A stretch of DNA of 64,000 bases from Macrostomum lignano (lineage: Eukaryota). Below are positions 1-12,356 of this stretch, in pieces; within the stretch, counting starts at the first letter, position 1; each line of letters starts with the position of its first letter. The stretch covers positions 71,187 through 135,186 of the forward strand of contig NIVC01001646.1 in the NCBI GenBank assembly GCA_002269645.1, read 5' to 3'. The translations under genes and the position numbers were made by a program. The notes beneath the pieces were generated by a model, which had not been told where the DNA came from, searched no databases, and saw only the letters and a program-made list of their open reading frames with translations.

Positions 1-875
1 GTACAAGAATCCAACTGAGAGCCAGCCAGATTGTGCAAGAATCCAACTGAGAGCCAGCCAGATTGTACAAGAATCCAACTGAGAGCCAGCCAGACTGTAC
101 AAGAATCCAATTGAGAACCAGCTAGATTGTACAAGAATCCAACTGAGAGCCAGCCAGACTGTACAAGAATCCAACTGAGAGCCAGCCAGACTGTACAAGA
201 ATCCAACTGAGAGCCAGCCAGACTGTACAAGAATCCAATTGAGAACCAGCTAGATTGTACAAGAATCCAATTGAGAGCCAGCCAGACTGTACAAGAATCC
301 ATTTGAAAACCAGCCAGACTGTACAAGAATCTAACTAAGAGCCAGCCAGACTGTACAAGAATCCAATTGAGAACCAGCTAGATTGTACAAGAATCCAATT
401 GAGAGCCAGCCAGACAGTACAAGAATCCAATTGAGAGCCAGCCAGACTGTACAAGAATCCAATTGAGAACCAGCCAGACTGTACAAGAATCCAACTGAGA
501 GCCAGCCAGACTGTACAAGAATCCAATTGAGAACCAGCCACACTGCACAAGAATCCAATTGAAAACCAGCCACACTGTACAAGAATCTAACTAAGAGCCA
601 GCCAGACTGTACAAGAATCCAATTGAGAACCAGCTAGATTGTACAAGAATCCAATTGAGAGCCAGCCAGACTGTACAAGAATCCAACTGAGAGCCAGCCA
701 GACTGTACAAGAATCCAATTGAGAACCAGCTAGATTGTACAAGAATCCAATTGAGAGCCAGCCAGACTGTACAAGAATCCATTTGAAAACCAGCCAGACT
801 GTACAAGAATCCATTTGAAAACCAGCCAGACTGTACAAGAATCTAACTAAGAGCCAGCCAGACAGTACAAGAATC
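1..875. repeat. 32-bp minisatellite (GTACAAGAATCCAACTGAGAGCCAGCCAGACT), truncated by the window start
   Basis: About 27 head-to-tail copies visible; the ORFs at 331-877 are translations of this repeat. Confidence 0.95.
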
Positions 876-1464
876 AATCTAAGAACATCATCCCAGGTCC
901 CCGCTCGCCATCAAAGCACCAACGACCTAGTGCGGCCAATGCCAAGGAGTCACCCGACTTCCATACTCGTATCGGTTTTCCGTTGCATCTGGCAAAAGGC
1001 GGGCGTCTCGCACGCGCCGCAAGTCGCCTGCAGCATCAGCTTTGCTGGAATGTTCATCCTCTTCTCCTAGAAGAAATGCTGCTGACCCGGCGTAGCAGCT
1101 GGTTTTTGCGCGGGAAAAAACATATTTGACAACTGGCGCTGGCAGGGGGGTCAGTGCCCCCCTTCCAGTGTTGCCACTGGGAACGCGGCCTCCCCAGCGA
1201 ATAGTTTTTTCTTCAAGATCCCGCTGATTCCTGGGAAGCTGCGCGCTGCATCACAGTTTGCTAGAGACAACGGGGGAGAGAATCTTCTCCGTGTCGAGTG
1301 CCAATTGGGATTAATTAGTTAAGATGGCGCATTCCGCCAGCAGCAGGCAAGGGGAAAAGGGTGTTGAAGACCCATTGCCAGTGTCAGGAATGTCTTTGCT
1401 TTCTCTGGTGAGAGCGAGCCTTCCACCACTCAGGATGAAGCTTTGAAGCTGGGGAATGGATTAC

Positions 1465-2710
1465 TAGGTGTGGGTGATTGGGGTGTGTGCGACTGGGGTG
1501 TGTGCGATTGGGGTGTGTGCGATTGGGTGTGTGCGACTGGAGTGTGTGCGATTGGGGTGTGTGCGATTGGGGTGTGTGCGACTGGAGTGTGTGCGATTGG
1601 GGTGTGTGCGACTGGGATGTGTGCGATTGGGGTGTGTGCGACTGGAGTGTGTGCGATTGGGGTGTGTGCCACTGGGTGTGTGCGATTTGGGTGTGTGCGA
1701 CTGGAGTGTGTGCGATTGGGGTGTGTGCGACTGGAGTGTGTGCGATTGGGGTGTGTGCGACTGGAGTGTGTGCGATTGGGGTGTGTGCGACTGGGGTGTG
1801 TGCGATTGGGGTGTGTGCGACTGGAGTGTGTGCGATTGGGGTGTGTGCGATTGGGGTGTGTGCGATTGGGTGTGTGCGATTGGGGTGTGTGCGATTGGGG
1901 TGTGTGCGACTGGGGTGTGTGCGATTGGGGTGTGTGCGACTGGGGTGTGTGCGATTGGGGTGTGTGCGACTGGAGTGTGTGCGATTGGGGTGTGTGCGAC
2001 TGGAGTGTGTGCGATTGGGGTGTGTGCGATTGGGGTGTGTGCGACTGGAGTGTGTGCGATTGGGGTGTGTGCGATTGGGGTGTGTGCGATTGGGGTGTGT
2101 GCGATTGGGGTGTGTGCGATTGGGTGTGTGCGACTGGGGTGTGTGCGACTGGGGTGTGTGCGACTGGGGTGATTGGGGTGTGGGTGATTGGGGTGTGGGT
2201 GATTGGGGTGATTCGGGTGATTAAGGTGTGGGTGATTGGGATGATTCGGGTGATTGGGTGATTAAGGTGTGGGTGATTGGGATGATTCGGGTGATTGGGG
2301 TGTGGGTGATTCGGGTGATTGGGGTGATTAAGGTGTGGGTGATTGGGATGATTCGGGTGATTGGGGTGTGGGTGATTGGGGTGATTGGGGTGTGGGTCAT
2401 TGGGGTGTGAGTGATTGTGGGTGATTGGGGTGATTGGGGTGTGGGTCATTGGGGTGAGTGATTGTGGGTGATTGGGGTGTGGGTCATTTTAGTGTGAGTG
2501 ATTGTGGGTGATTGGGGTGATTGGGGTGTGGGTCATTGGAGTTTGAGTGATTGTGGGTGATTGGGGTAATTGGGGTGTGGGTCATTGGGGTGTGAGTGAT
2601 TGTGGGTGATTGGGGTGATTGGGGTGTGGGTCATTGGGGTGTGAGTGATTGTGGGTGATTGGGGTGATTGGGGTGTGGGTCATTGGGGTGTGAGTGATTG
2701 TGGGTGATTG
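1465..2710. repeat. G-rich compound minisatellite, 15-bp core GATTGGGGTGTGTGC grading into GTGATTGGGGTGTGG variants
   Basis: Direct tandem copies; a GGGG tract about every 15 nt on the + strand. Confidence 0.95.
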
Positions 2711-3128
2711 GGGCTCCTCAGCGTGCCACAGCCATCACCCTCTAAAAGTACACAATAAGCTACCTCCTTATTTTCTGCCAAACAAAGTGAAGGAATTACC
2801 AGGTGCAGCACCGAGACCACAGGCTAAAACCTTTATCACCCACCCATGTCAGAAGCCTCTCCTCCTCGCCGGAACTTGACAACAGATTTATTGCGACAAA
2901 GGTTGGCCACCCAAGTCTTGACTTCAGAATGGCATCGTCTGCATCTCCTTCGGATTTTTCTCTGTTGCTTTTTTGCATTTTTCATCGCCTCGGATGTACT
3001 TTTGTTGCCATCTGTTGTCTATAGACCGCGGTAATAAAATAATGGGACTAATAATGCAAGCCTCTGGTAACTGGGGCCTCTTCAAGCTGCCAGAGAGCCC
3101 CTCGCATGGTTTGGCATTTATGACTCGG

Positions 3129-3958
3129 TTCCAGGTACACAGTTCACTGACTCAGCGGGACATCCGCCCACCTTCACCTTGGATTCCAGGTACACAGTTC
3201 ACTCACTCAGCGGGAGATCCGCCCACCCCCACCTTGGATTCCAGGTACACAGTTCACTGACTCAGCGGGACATCCGCCCACCCCCACCTTGGATTCCAGG
3301 TACACAGTTCACTCACTCAGCGGGACATCCGCCCACCTTCACCTTGGATTCCAGGTACACAGTTCACTGACTCAGCGGGACATCCGCCCACCTTCACCTT
3401 GGATTCCAGGTACACAGTTCACTGACTCAGCGGGACATCCGCCCACCTTCACCTTGGATTCCAGGTACACAGTTCACTCACTCGGCAGGAGATCCGCCCA
3501 CCCCCACCTTGGATTCCAGGTACACAGTTCACTGACTCAGCGGGACATCCGCCCACCCCCACCTTGGATTCCAGATACACAGTTCACTGACTCAGCGGGA
3601 CATCCGCCCACCCCCACCTTGGATTCCAGATACACAGTTCACTGACTCAGCGGGACATCCGCCCACCCCCACCTTGGATTCCAGGTACACAGTTCACTGA
3701 CTCAGCGGGACATCCGCCCACCTTCACCTTGGATTCCAGGTACACAGTTCACTGACTCAGCGGGACATCCGCCCACCTTCACCTTGGATTCCAGGTACAC
3801 AGTTCACTGACTCGGCAGGAGATCCGCCCACCCCCACCTTGGATTCCAGGTACACAGTTCACTGACTCGGCAGGAGATCCGCCCACCCCCACCTTGGATT
3901 CCAGGTACACAGTTCACTCACTCAGTAGGACATCCGCGCCCACCACCCCAGAATTCCA
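3129..3958. repeat. 55-bp minisatellite (CCAGGTACACAGTTCACTGACTCAGCGGGACATCCGCCCACC...TTGGATT)
   Basis: Unit starts at 3131, 3186, ...; about 15 copies; no unique spacers. Confidence 0.95.
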
Positions 3959-4773
3959 GGTTGCAGATCAACATGCCTTATATCAGTATACGATGTGTTT
4001 AGGCTACTGTTTTGCTTTGCTGTGTTGCCACGCAGACAGGGACAGGCTGATTGGAGGCTGAGTGACAGGGGGGTCAGTTGCGGGAGTTTGGGCAGATCCC
4101 ATACATGCTTTACATGCTAATCTTGCTGTTGCATCTGATGGTGACCTGCTTGAACCCGTCCCCAGATTAGCAAAATTGTTGTTCTGTGGATCCCAGTTTA
4201 CTTAATTTTACTTTTGCTCTGCCCTGCCTGTTGCAAACTGCAGCAGTTCACACTGTATTGGAGTCGCCTGTTTATTTTTCTTATGCCTCGGTACCGTCTA
4301 GACATACGCAGAAACACTACTTGATGTCGTGGGAATCGCCCTATAAGCCCGGGAAGACTGTATCATTAAATTAAGGCTTCCAGCTTCACAGAAGCAATCT
4401 GCAATTCCCAAGCACTTGCTTGCTTTCTTCTGCTTTCGATTTCTACTCTTTTGCAACAAGTATTTGCTTGCGCAGCAGCTGCGACCAGCGCTACCAACTG
4501 TTGATTGGTGGCTACAATCTGCTAATTGGGAGATGAATGACTGAGAGGTGAGAGTGGAGAGAGAAAGCAGAACTGCAGAGGCTCGGAGTGTATCGAATCT
4601 ACAGCTCTTTAATCTATCAGTGCTGCTGCGCTGCAAAATTGCAAATTGTTTGGCGTTAAGACTGCGTTTTGTTCTTTTCATTCCATAGTGCGACATCGGG
4701 CCTCGGTGAGGCTGAAAATCAGTGCTGCTGGGAAGCTGCAACTTATCCCCATATCAGCTCCGATGTCCATCAC

Positions 4774-5835
4774 GAAATGAGCACATTGAAACACATCCTC
4801 ATTGCTGCAACACACTCAGGAAATGAGCACATTGAAACACATCCTCATTGCTGCAACACACTCAGGAAATGAGCACATTGAAACACATCCTCATTGCTGC
4901 AACACACTCAGGAAATGAGCACATTGAAACACATCCTCATTGCTGCAACACACTCAGGAAATGAGCACATTGAAACACATCCTCATTGCTGCAACACACT
5001 CAGGAAATGAGCACATTGAAACACATCCTCATTGCTGCAACACACTCAGGAAATGAGCACATTGAAACACATCCTCATTGCTGCAACACACTCAGGAAAT
5101 GAGCACATTGAAACACATCCTCATTGCTGCAACACACTCAGGAAATGAGCACATTGAAACACATCCTCATTGCTGCAACACACTCAGGAAATGAGCACAT
5201 TGAAACACATCCTCATTGCTGCAACACACTCAGGAAATGAGCACATTGAAACACATCCTCATTGCTGCAACACACTCAGGAAATGAGCACATTGAAACAC
5301 ATCCTCATTGCTGCAACACACTCAGGAAATGAGCACATTGAAACACATCCTCATTGCTGCAACACACTCAGGAAATGAGCACATTGAAACACATCCTCAT
5401 TGCTGCAACACACTCAGGAAATGAGCACATGAAACACATCCTCATTGCTGCAACACACTCAGGAAATGAGCACATTGAAACACATCCTCATTGCTGCAAC
5501 ACACTCAGGAAATGAGCACATGAAACACATCCTCATTGCTGCAACACACTCAGGAAATGAGCACATTGAAACACATCCTCATTGCTGCAACACACTCAGG
5601 AAATGAGCACATGAAACACATCCTCATTGCTGCAACACACTCAGGAAATGAGCACATGAAACACATCCTCATTGCTGCAACACACTCAGGAAATGAGCAC
5701 ATGAAATACATCCTCATTGCTGCAACACACTCAGGAAATGAGCACATGAAATACATCCTCATTGCTGCAACACACTCAGGAAATGAGGACATGAAATACA
5801 TCCTCATTGCTGCTAAACACACAGGAAATGAGCAC
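4774..5835. repeat. 46-bp minisatellite (GAAATGAGCACATTGAAACACATCCTCATTGCTGCAACACACTCAG); 45-bp variant at the 3' end
   Basis: Units at 4774, 4820, ...; about 23 copies. Confidence 0.95.
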
Positions 5836-6279
5836 AAAAGCACACACGCAGAGCACAAATGGTTAACCGCATGATTTTCACCAGAAACTTCTGCAGTCCA
5901 ATCCTTCCAATTATGCATCAAGATTCAGATTGCTATCAGGCCAGCCAGCATCCAGCGGGCCTCATCAGCATCAGAGATCGGCATTTACTATGAAAATTGA
6001 CCGACTGCTGCCCAGCCAGCAGGTCCAAACAGTTCGGGGGGGGGGGCAGTTAGTAAGCTATGGATTATCATTACGCAACTCAACCTAATTTGAGCTTGAG
6101 TCTATTCGCCATCTCCCCCTCTCTGATCCCCCACTTCTGCCCAGTTATCCCCATGCAGTTGCGTCACCCGCAGCAGCTTCTCATGATCTTCCGCTCACTC
6201 ATATCGCAGCCACGATGTGCTTGAAATGCAGCTCTGTGGCCGCCTGCTCGATGAACTGCCTCTGTGCCCTCTGTTCTCC

Positions 6280-6630
6280 CTCTCTATTCTCATCTTTCTA
6301 TCAGTTTGCCTTTCTCTACTCCATGTGTCTCCTCTCTACTTTCCCTTCTCGAGTATCTCCTCTCTCATCTCTGTTCCCTCCACTCTCTCTTCTGCCATCT
6401 TTTAATCTGCCCTCTCTCTTCTCCCCTCTCCCCTCTCTACTCTCTCCCTTCTCTCTTCTCTTCCCTCTCTCCATTCCCTTCTCTTCTCTCGCCTCTCCCC
6501 TTTCTACCCTCTCTGCTCTCTCCCCTCTCCTCTTCCCTCTTCCCTCTCTCCCCCCTCCTCTCTCCCCTCCTTTCTCTCTATTGCTTCCTCCATTTCCCAT
6601 CTTCCCCTCCTTTCTTTTTCTCCGTTCTCT
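6280..6630. repeat. CT-rich low-complexity polypyrimidine tract
   Basis: Almost only C/T on the + strand, with no fixed period. Confidence 0.85.
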
Positions 6631-7160
6631 CAGAGTTTTTTCAAGCAGCCCAGATTTCTGACTCACTGCTCTATGCCAGCGTGAGAGGGCCTTGTTTTGG
6701 TTGGAGTTCGGGCTGTGTCTAGCTGGGGCGCAGTGCCAATAAATTTCAGCTAACAGCTACAGCTTCTGGGCGGTTATCAGGGTGGATCAGTCTCCGCCCA
6801 CCAGCGCTCTCCATCCAGCGACTCCGAACAAAGAATGAAATAAGGAGGCCCAACAGCCAGAGAGAGAGGCAGAGAGGGGAAACCTGAGGGGGACGCAAGT
6901 GTAGTTTTCTGCGAGTTGCAAAATATTAGAATATCAGAGGCATGGTGGTTCCCCCCCCCGCTGTTGCATGTGTGCTAATTGGCAAATTCTGCTATTTGTC
7001 TTGCATGCTCTCACTGTGTGTTCTTCTGGAGCTGTGCAGCTGAGAAAGTTTTCAGTTGGGAATTCTTTCAATTTGGGATTGCATTGCCGGCTATGGAAGT
7101 GCGCATTTTGCTGCTGGCTGCGGAACTTTCTGTCTTCTTAATTCACAGTTTCAATTTCGT

Positions 7161-7893
7161 CTATCAGACTGCCATTCTGTGCTTGTAATTGATCTATCAG
7201 ACTGCCATTCTGTGTCTGTAATTGATCTATCAGACTGCCATTCTGTGCCTGTAATTGATCTATCAGACTGCCATTCTGTGTCTGTAATTGATCTATCAGA
7301 CTGCCATTCTGTGTCTGTAATTGATCTATCAGACTGCCATTCTGTGTCTGTAATTGATCTATCAGACTGCCATTCTGTGCCTGTAATTGATCTATCAGAC
7401 TGCCATTCTGTGTCTGTAATTGATCTATCAGAAAAAATGATGTCTATATCTGATCTATCAGACAATTATTCCATATCTATATCTGATCTATCAGCCAATT
7501 ATTCCATATCTATATCTGATCTATCAGACAATTATTCCATATCTATATCTGATCTATCAGACAATTATTCTATATCTATATCTAATCTATCAGACAATCA
7601 CTCCATATCTATATCTAATCTATCAGACAATCACTCCATATCTATATCTGATCTATCAGACAATCACTCCATATCTATATCTAATCTATCAGACAATCAC
7701 TCCATATCTATATCTGATCTATCAGACAATTATTCCATATCTATATCTGATCTATCAAAAAATCACTCCATATCTATATCTGATCTATCAGACAATCACT
7801 CCATATCTATATCTGATCTATCAGACAATTATTCTATATCTATATCTGATCTCAGACAATCACTCCATATCTATATCTGATCTATCAGACAAT
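7161..7893. repeat. Compound 33-bp minisatellite: type A (GATCTATCAGACTGCCATTCTGTGTCTGTAATT) to about 7430, type B (GATCTATCAGACAATTATTCCATATCTATATCT) after it
   Basis: Two blocks with the same period and a shared GATCTATCAGAC head. Confidence 0.93.
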
Positions 7894-8758
7894 CAATCAG
7901 TGCATAGGCCTAGCTCTGTGCCAAAGATTGCCAAATCTACAAATATCGTCGATCAACAAGACTAGAACTGTTGCATTCCCAATCAGCTCGCCGCACAGAA
8001 GTCAGAAGTTAATGGAAAAACGGGGAGAGAAACCCGCAGTCCCAGCAATTCCAAGGTTTAGCAGGCTCTGACGCAACACCTCGCCCAGCAACATAACGAC
8101 CAGACGAACGGCGAGAGAGCGAGAGGTGCGATAGGAATTGTTGTGGAAACGATAATTTAAAACCGGACCGTTTCGAACTAAAGAGAAGGAGAAAAAAGGC
8201 CGTCGTGTCACTCAAAAACCGCGCTGACCTCCAGCCGCGGCCGGGCGGGCAATCGCGGCAGAAAAAAGACACACAACAGACAGACAGACAGAGGAAAATT
8301 GGCAGAATTTTTAAACACACAGCCTTCCACAGCCTGGACAAAGGTATAAATCCCCAACTTGCGGGAGATAGTTATCCCTGCATGAATGGGATTGCAGGGA
8401 GGAAAGTTGCACTGGCCAGAGGATGCATTGCTGCTGCTATAGAAGAAAAAGCAGAGAAGAAGCAGATTTCAAACAGAATGGCCCCTGCGCACTAGATAAG
8501 GCTCATCTTCCACTACCCAAGGCGGGTTTACAAATGGCCAGTCGCTACGGCCTGCAAGGACAAGTGGAAGTCTCGATTGCCTCTTTGAAGAATCTGCATC
8601 CTCTGGATAACCAAAGCTTTTCATTTGCTGGCCACTGGATAACGGCTTGTTGGGAAAGAGAATGTCATCTTTCGGATGGTCCCGCCAGAAACTGCATGTT
8701 GCGTCGCTTTTGCGTATCACTGCGCAATCATGAAGGCTATAAGGCAGTGCATTGCAAA

Positions 8759-9065
8759 TTGTTGTGTGAGGCGCTGCTGTTGTTGTGTGAGGCGCTGCTG
8801 TTGTTGTGTGAGGCGCTGCTGTTGTTGTGTGAGGCGTTGCTGTTGTTGTGTGAGGCGCTGCTGTTGTTGTGTGAGGCGCTGCTGTTGTTGTGTGAGACGC
8901 TGCTGTTGTTGTGTGAGGCGCTGCTGTTGTTGTGTGAGGCGCTGCTGTTGTTGTGTGAGGCGCTGCTGTTGTTTTGTGAGGCGCTGCTGTTGTTGTGTGA
9001 GACGCTGCTGTTGTTGTGTGAGGCGCTGCTGTTGTTGTGTGAGGCGCTGCTGTTTTTGTGTGAGC
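8759..9065. repeat. 21-bp minisatellite (TGTGAGGCGCTGCTGTTGTTG)
   Basis: About 14 copies. Confidence 0.95.
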
Positions 9066-9194
9066 AGCGCTGTTGCTTCACTCCATAAAGTACAAAATCA
9101 CGTTCTGAAACGCAGCCCCCAGTGAGTCTTCGATACTAAGTAAAGAAGGTCCTGTTCCGTGCAAAAATCAGCTCTCAAGACAGCCCCCAGGACG

Positions 9195-9628
9195 CTACAC
9201 GCCCACTAATGCCTGTTCCAGATAGTCTTCTTCTTCTAGCATGGCTTCCCCCCGAGTCGCTTCATCTTCACCGTTCGCGCGACCGCCTTCGGGCTGCGCA
9301 CCGGGGGAGTCGCTCGGATTCATTTTATAGTTGCCATCTTGCCGGGCTGGAAGTCCGCTCTCAGTTTGCGGCGCGGGAAAGCGGGAAGCCGGCCAGCTCG
9401 GGACAGCGTGAATAATGCGGATAACGCGGTTATCCCCGGGCCTGGCAGCTAATGAGGAAGCGCCCGGCCGCCCGATTGCATTAGCGGCCTGAGTCCGGGC
9501 CTCCGCTGCCGCTTCCGACACCTGATCAGCGGCTGCGGCCACTGCCCCGGGGCTCGGGGACTCCAGAGCGGCATTCTCAGCTATATTCTGCTGGAAAATT
9601 GTTGCTGGGCGGGTTAGAGAGGCAGATA
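9195..9628 (-). CDS. Possible terminal coding exon of an unidentified gene (Ala/Pro/Glu-rich, ends MLEEEDYLEQALVGV*)
   Basis: GC-rich unique sequence, open for about 145 codons in one minus frame, preceded by (CTGT)n and a TCTAG acceptor-like site; no recognisable domain. Confidence 0.25.
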
Positions 9629-9629
9629 C

Positions 9630-9892
<263 letters not shown>

Positions 9893-11307
9893 GCACTCGA
9901 GCATATTCTAGTACTGAGATTATAGACTCATATCGAATGCAAAATTTCTGGTACTCAATCTTCGAAACGAGTCTAATTGCAATTAGCGAGTCGCCTACAA
10001 TCACGGTCGAGCAGCCAAGTCGGAGAAGAAGCCCGAGGTCATTTAAGGTCATCGGCGGGTCACGGTTTTGGAATGTAACTTTTGATATAGTGCCGATTGA
10101 TTGAGTTCTTTCTAAGTGGCTTCATTCATGTACATGTAGGCTAGATTGGTGCAGAAATTTATTATCCTACAAGTCTGAAGTTTCCATTACTCATAATCCC
10201 TATGAGCATAGCAGCATTAGCAACCGGCTCAGCAGCAGGATTGTAAAAGTGCGCCGGCACTTAATTACAGAAACACGGCAAGCGTGACATACCAGTCGCT
10301 GCCACCCCCCTCCCTCCCTACCCCTCTCTGCCTCTCCCAGAGCGAACTCTTGAAAAACTTACTCTTTGAAACCTGCGAACTACTTACTGTACTCCAGTTT
10401 GGCTACCAATATTACAATATTCACTCTCTCGCTCACGCTTCGCTTTCGTTCTCACTTCCAGCGCCTCCCTCCCTCGGCGGTGAACTGGCGGTTAGGAAAG
10501 TCTTTGGATGACTTGGGAGCAGGAGTGGCAAATCTGGGAGAAACTCGACGGACAAGCAAGGAGGATAGGGAAGGATAGAAAGCCTGTTTGACGAAGCAAA
10601 CACAGATTTCTTTTTCACCCTCCTATCTGCTATAAGAGTTGGAACTCAACCCCCCCCCCGGGCCAGCTTCCGCCAGCATCTCACATCCTTCCCATTCTTC
10701 ATCTCTCCTGGACCCCGGTCCGAGTCCTAAAGGCGGCCTTCCTCTGCACCGTCCACTCGAACTCGCCCGCCCGCCAGCAGCAATCAGCCCGCAGCTGCCA
10801 AAGAGAGAGAGAGAGAGAAGGAGAGAGAGAGAGAGAGAGGGAGAGAGAGAGTTTCTTGTCAACAAAAGCGCCGCGGAGGTGGGAGTGCCGGCTGCCGGCA
10901 ATCTGGCACTGCCCTTATTTTCCTCATTCCCCCTCTTCCCCTCTAGTGCCCCCGAATCTCCCCTTCCTCTGCTGCTGCTGCTCATCTTCTTAGAAGCAGG
11001 AAGACGAAATTGCAGCGCTCAGATTCCTTCATCTGGATGGCAAACAAACTCGCCCAGGGCCCCCGCACTGTTGTCAGGCCCACTCGCGACTTTTTATTAC
11101 GATTCGAGAGGAGGAGAAGAGAATGGCGGCCGGGTTGCGATAGTCCGGATAGCAACTCTGGCTCGAGATTGCTGGGAGGATTTGTAGCTTTTTCTGCTCA
11201 GAAACTGCCTTGCTGGGCTGGCGGCTTGCTTTGCAAGATTTCGACTCCATTTCTAAGAAATTTTGGAGAGCGATTTTTAAATTGCGACTCTAATCCTTAA
11301 CTATATT

Positions 11308-11445
11308 GGCTAGATTAGCAATCCACTCCTAATCCTAAATCCACACCGGCTAGATTAGCAATCCACTCCTAATCCTAAATCCACATTGGCTAGATTAGCA
11401 ATCCACTCCTAATCCTAAATCCACATTGGCTAGATTAGCAATCCC
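11308..11445. repeat. 40-bp tandem repeat (GGCTAGATTAGCAATCCACTCCTAATCCTAAATCCACATT), about 3.5 copies
   Basis: Starts at 11308, 11348, 11388 and 11428. Confidence 0.9.
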
Positions 11446-12356
11446 AAGTGAATAGGATGAGCCGCCATCTGACCCCACAGTTCATGGACATTATATTTTT
11501 GTCCAGCGGGAATCAGAGCCCGCCATTACCTCCCGTGTTGTCCCCAACGCCAGCCTCCCATTTTCGCTCCTCATCATCGTCAGTTTCCTGGAATCCGCAT
11601 CGCAGACTTCTGTAATACAATTAGGAGGGCCGGCTTGGCGGGTCCCGAAGGTCAACACACTGCTGGGATCTCCGCCCACTCCATTTTCCTTTTCTGCTTG
11701 CTCCCTTGCCTGGCCGAGCTGCATCTGCTGGCTGGGATGAAGGATTCGCAAAGAATTAATCAGCTCCTCCCAGCCTCTCAGCGCCGCCCGTGATTGAAGA
11801 TTTGAGAACAAAGAGCGAAAGAGATTGAATGAAGTTTGGACGGCTTTTCTGCTCTCCTTGTTCCCCCCCCCCAGACGGACGGAATGCTCGGAATTTTTTG
11901 GGCTTTGAGAAAGTTGGACAGCTAATTGCTTCTAGAAGGAGCCATGTTAGCAGCTGAACATCGAGTTCGGGAGCAAGCATCGAGGGCACGAAATTCCAAT
12001 GTCGATGGACTTGACTGTTGACAGAGACATTGATTTCTCTGGCAGAGGAATTCGAGATGTCCCCTCTGGGTTATCGACTGCTCGAGACCAATTGTGACCG
12101 CTCATCTCTGGAGAGTTATTAGAAAAATCGCTCACTGGCTTTAGTTTAAAGTCCTCTCAGTTTTGGTCAGTCCTGCGTCCTCTGGGGACACGTGACTCCA
12201 TGGGACTGAACTTGATTGCCTGGCAGAAATGCTTTTGAAGGACGCGCGTCTTTGCGGAAATGTGACTAATGAACGCAAGTTCCCATAGAAATGCTTCTAA
12301 GACATTTGTGTTTCGTGCGAGATGTCTGGGAGAGAATTGTGTTCGCGTACTAATGC

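Noticed and set aside
7056-7880. ORF with DLSDN repeats resembling leucine-rich repeats
   Set aside because: The 11-aa period comes from the 33-bp minisatellite; it lacks the LxxLxLxxN spacing and any splice or domain context.
10623-11187. Overlapping 120-182 aa ORFs on both strands around a (GA)n tract
   Set aside because: Low-complexity, with no domain or credible splice structure; more like UTR or regulatory sequence.
11950-12145. Plus-frame peptide DIDFSGRGIRDVPSGL, reminiscent of an LRR start
   Set aside because: A single short match with no following repeats or supporting exons.
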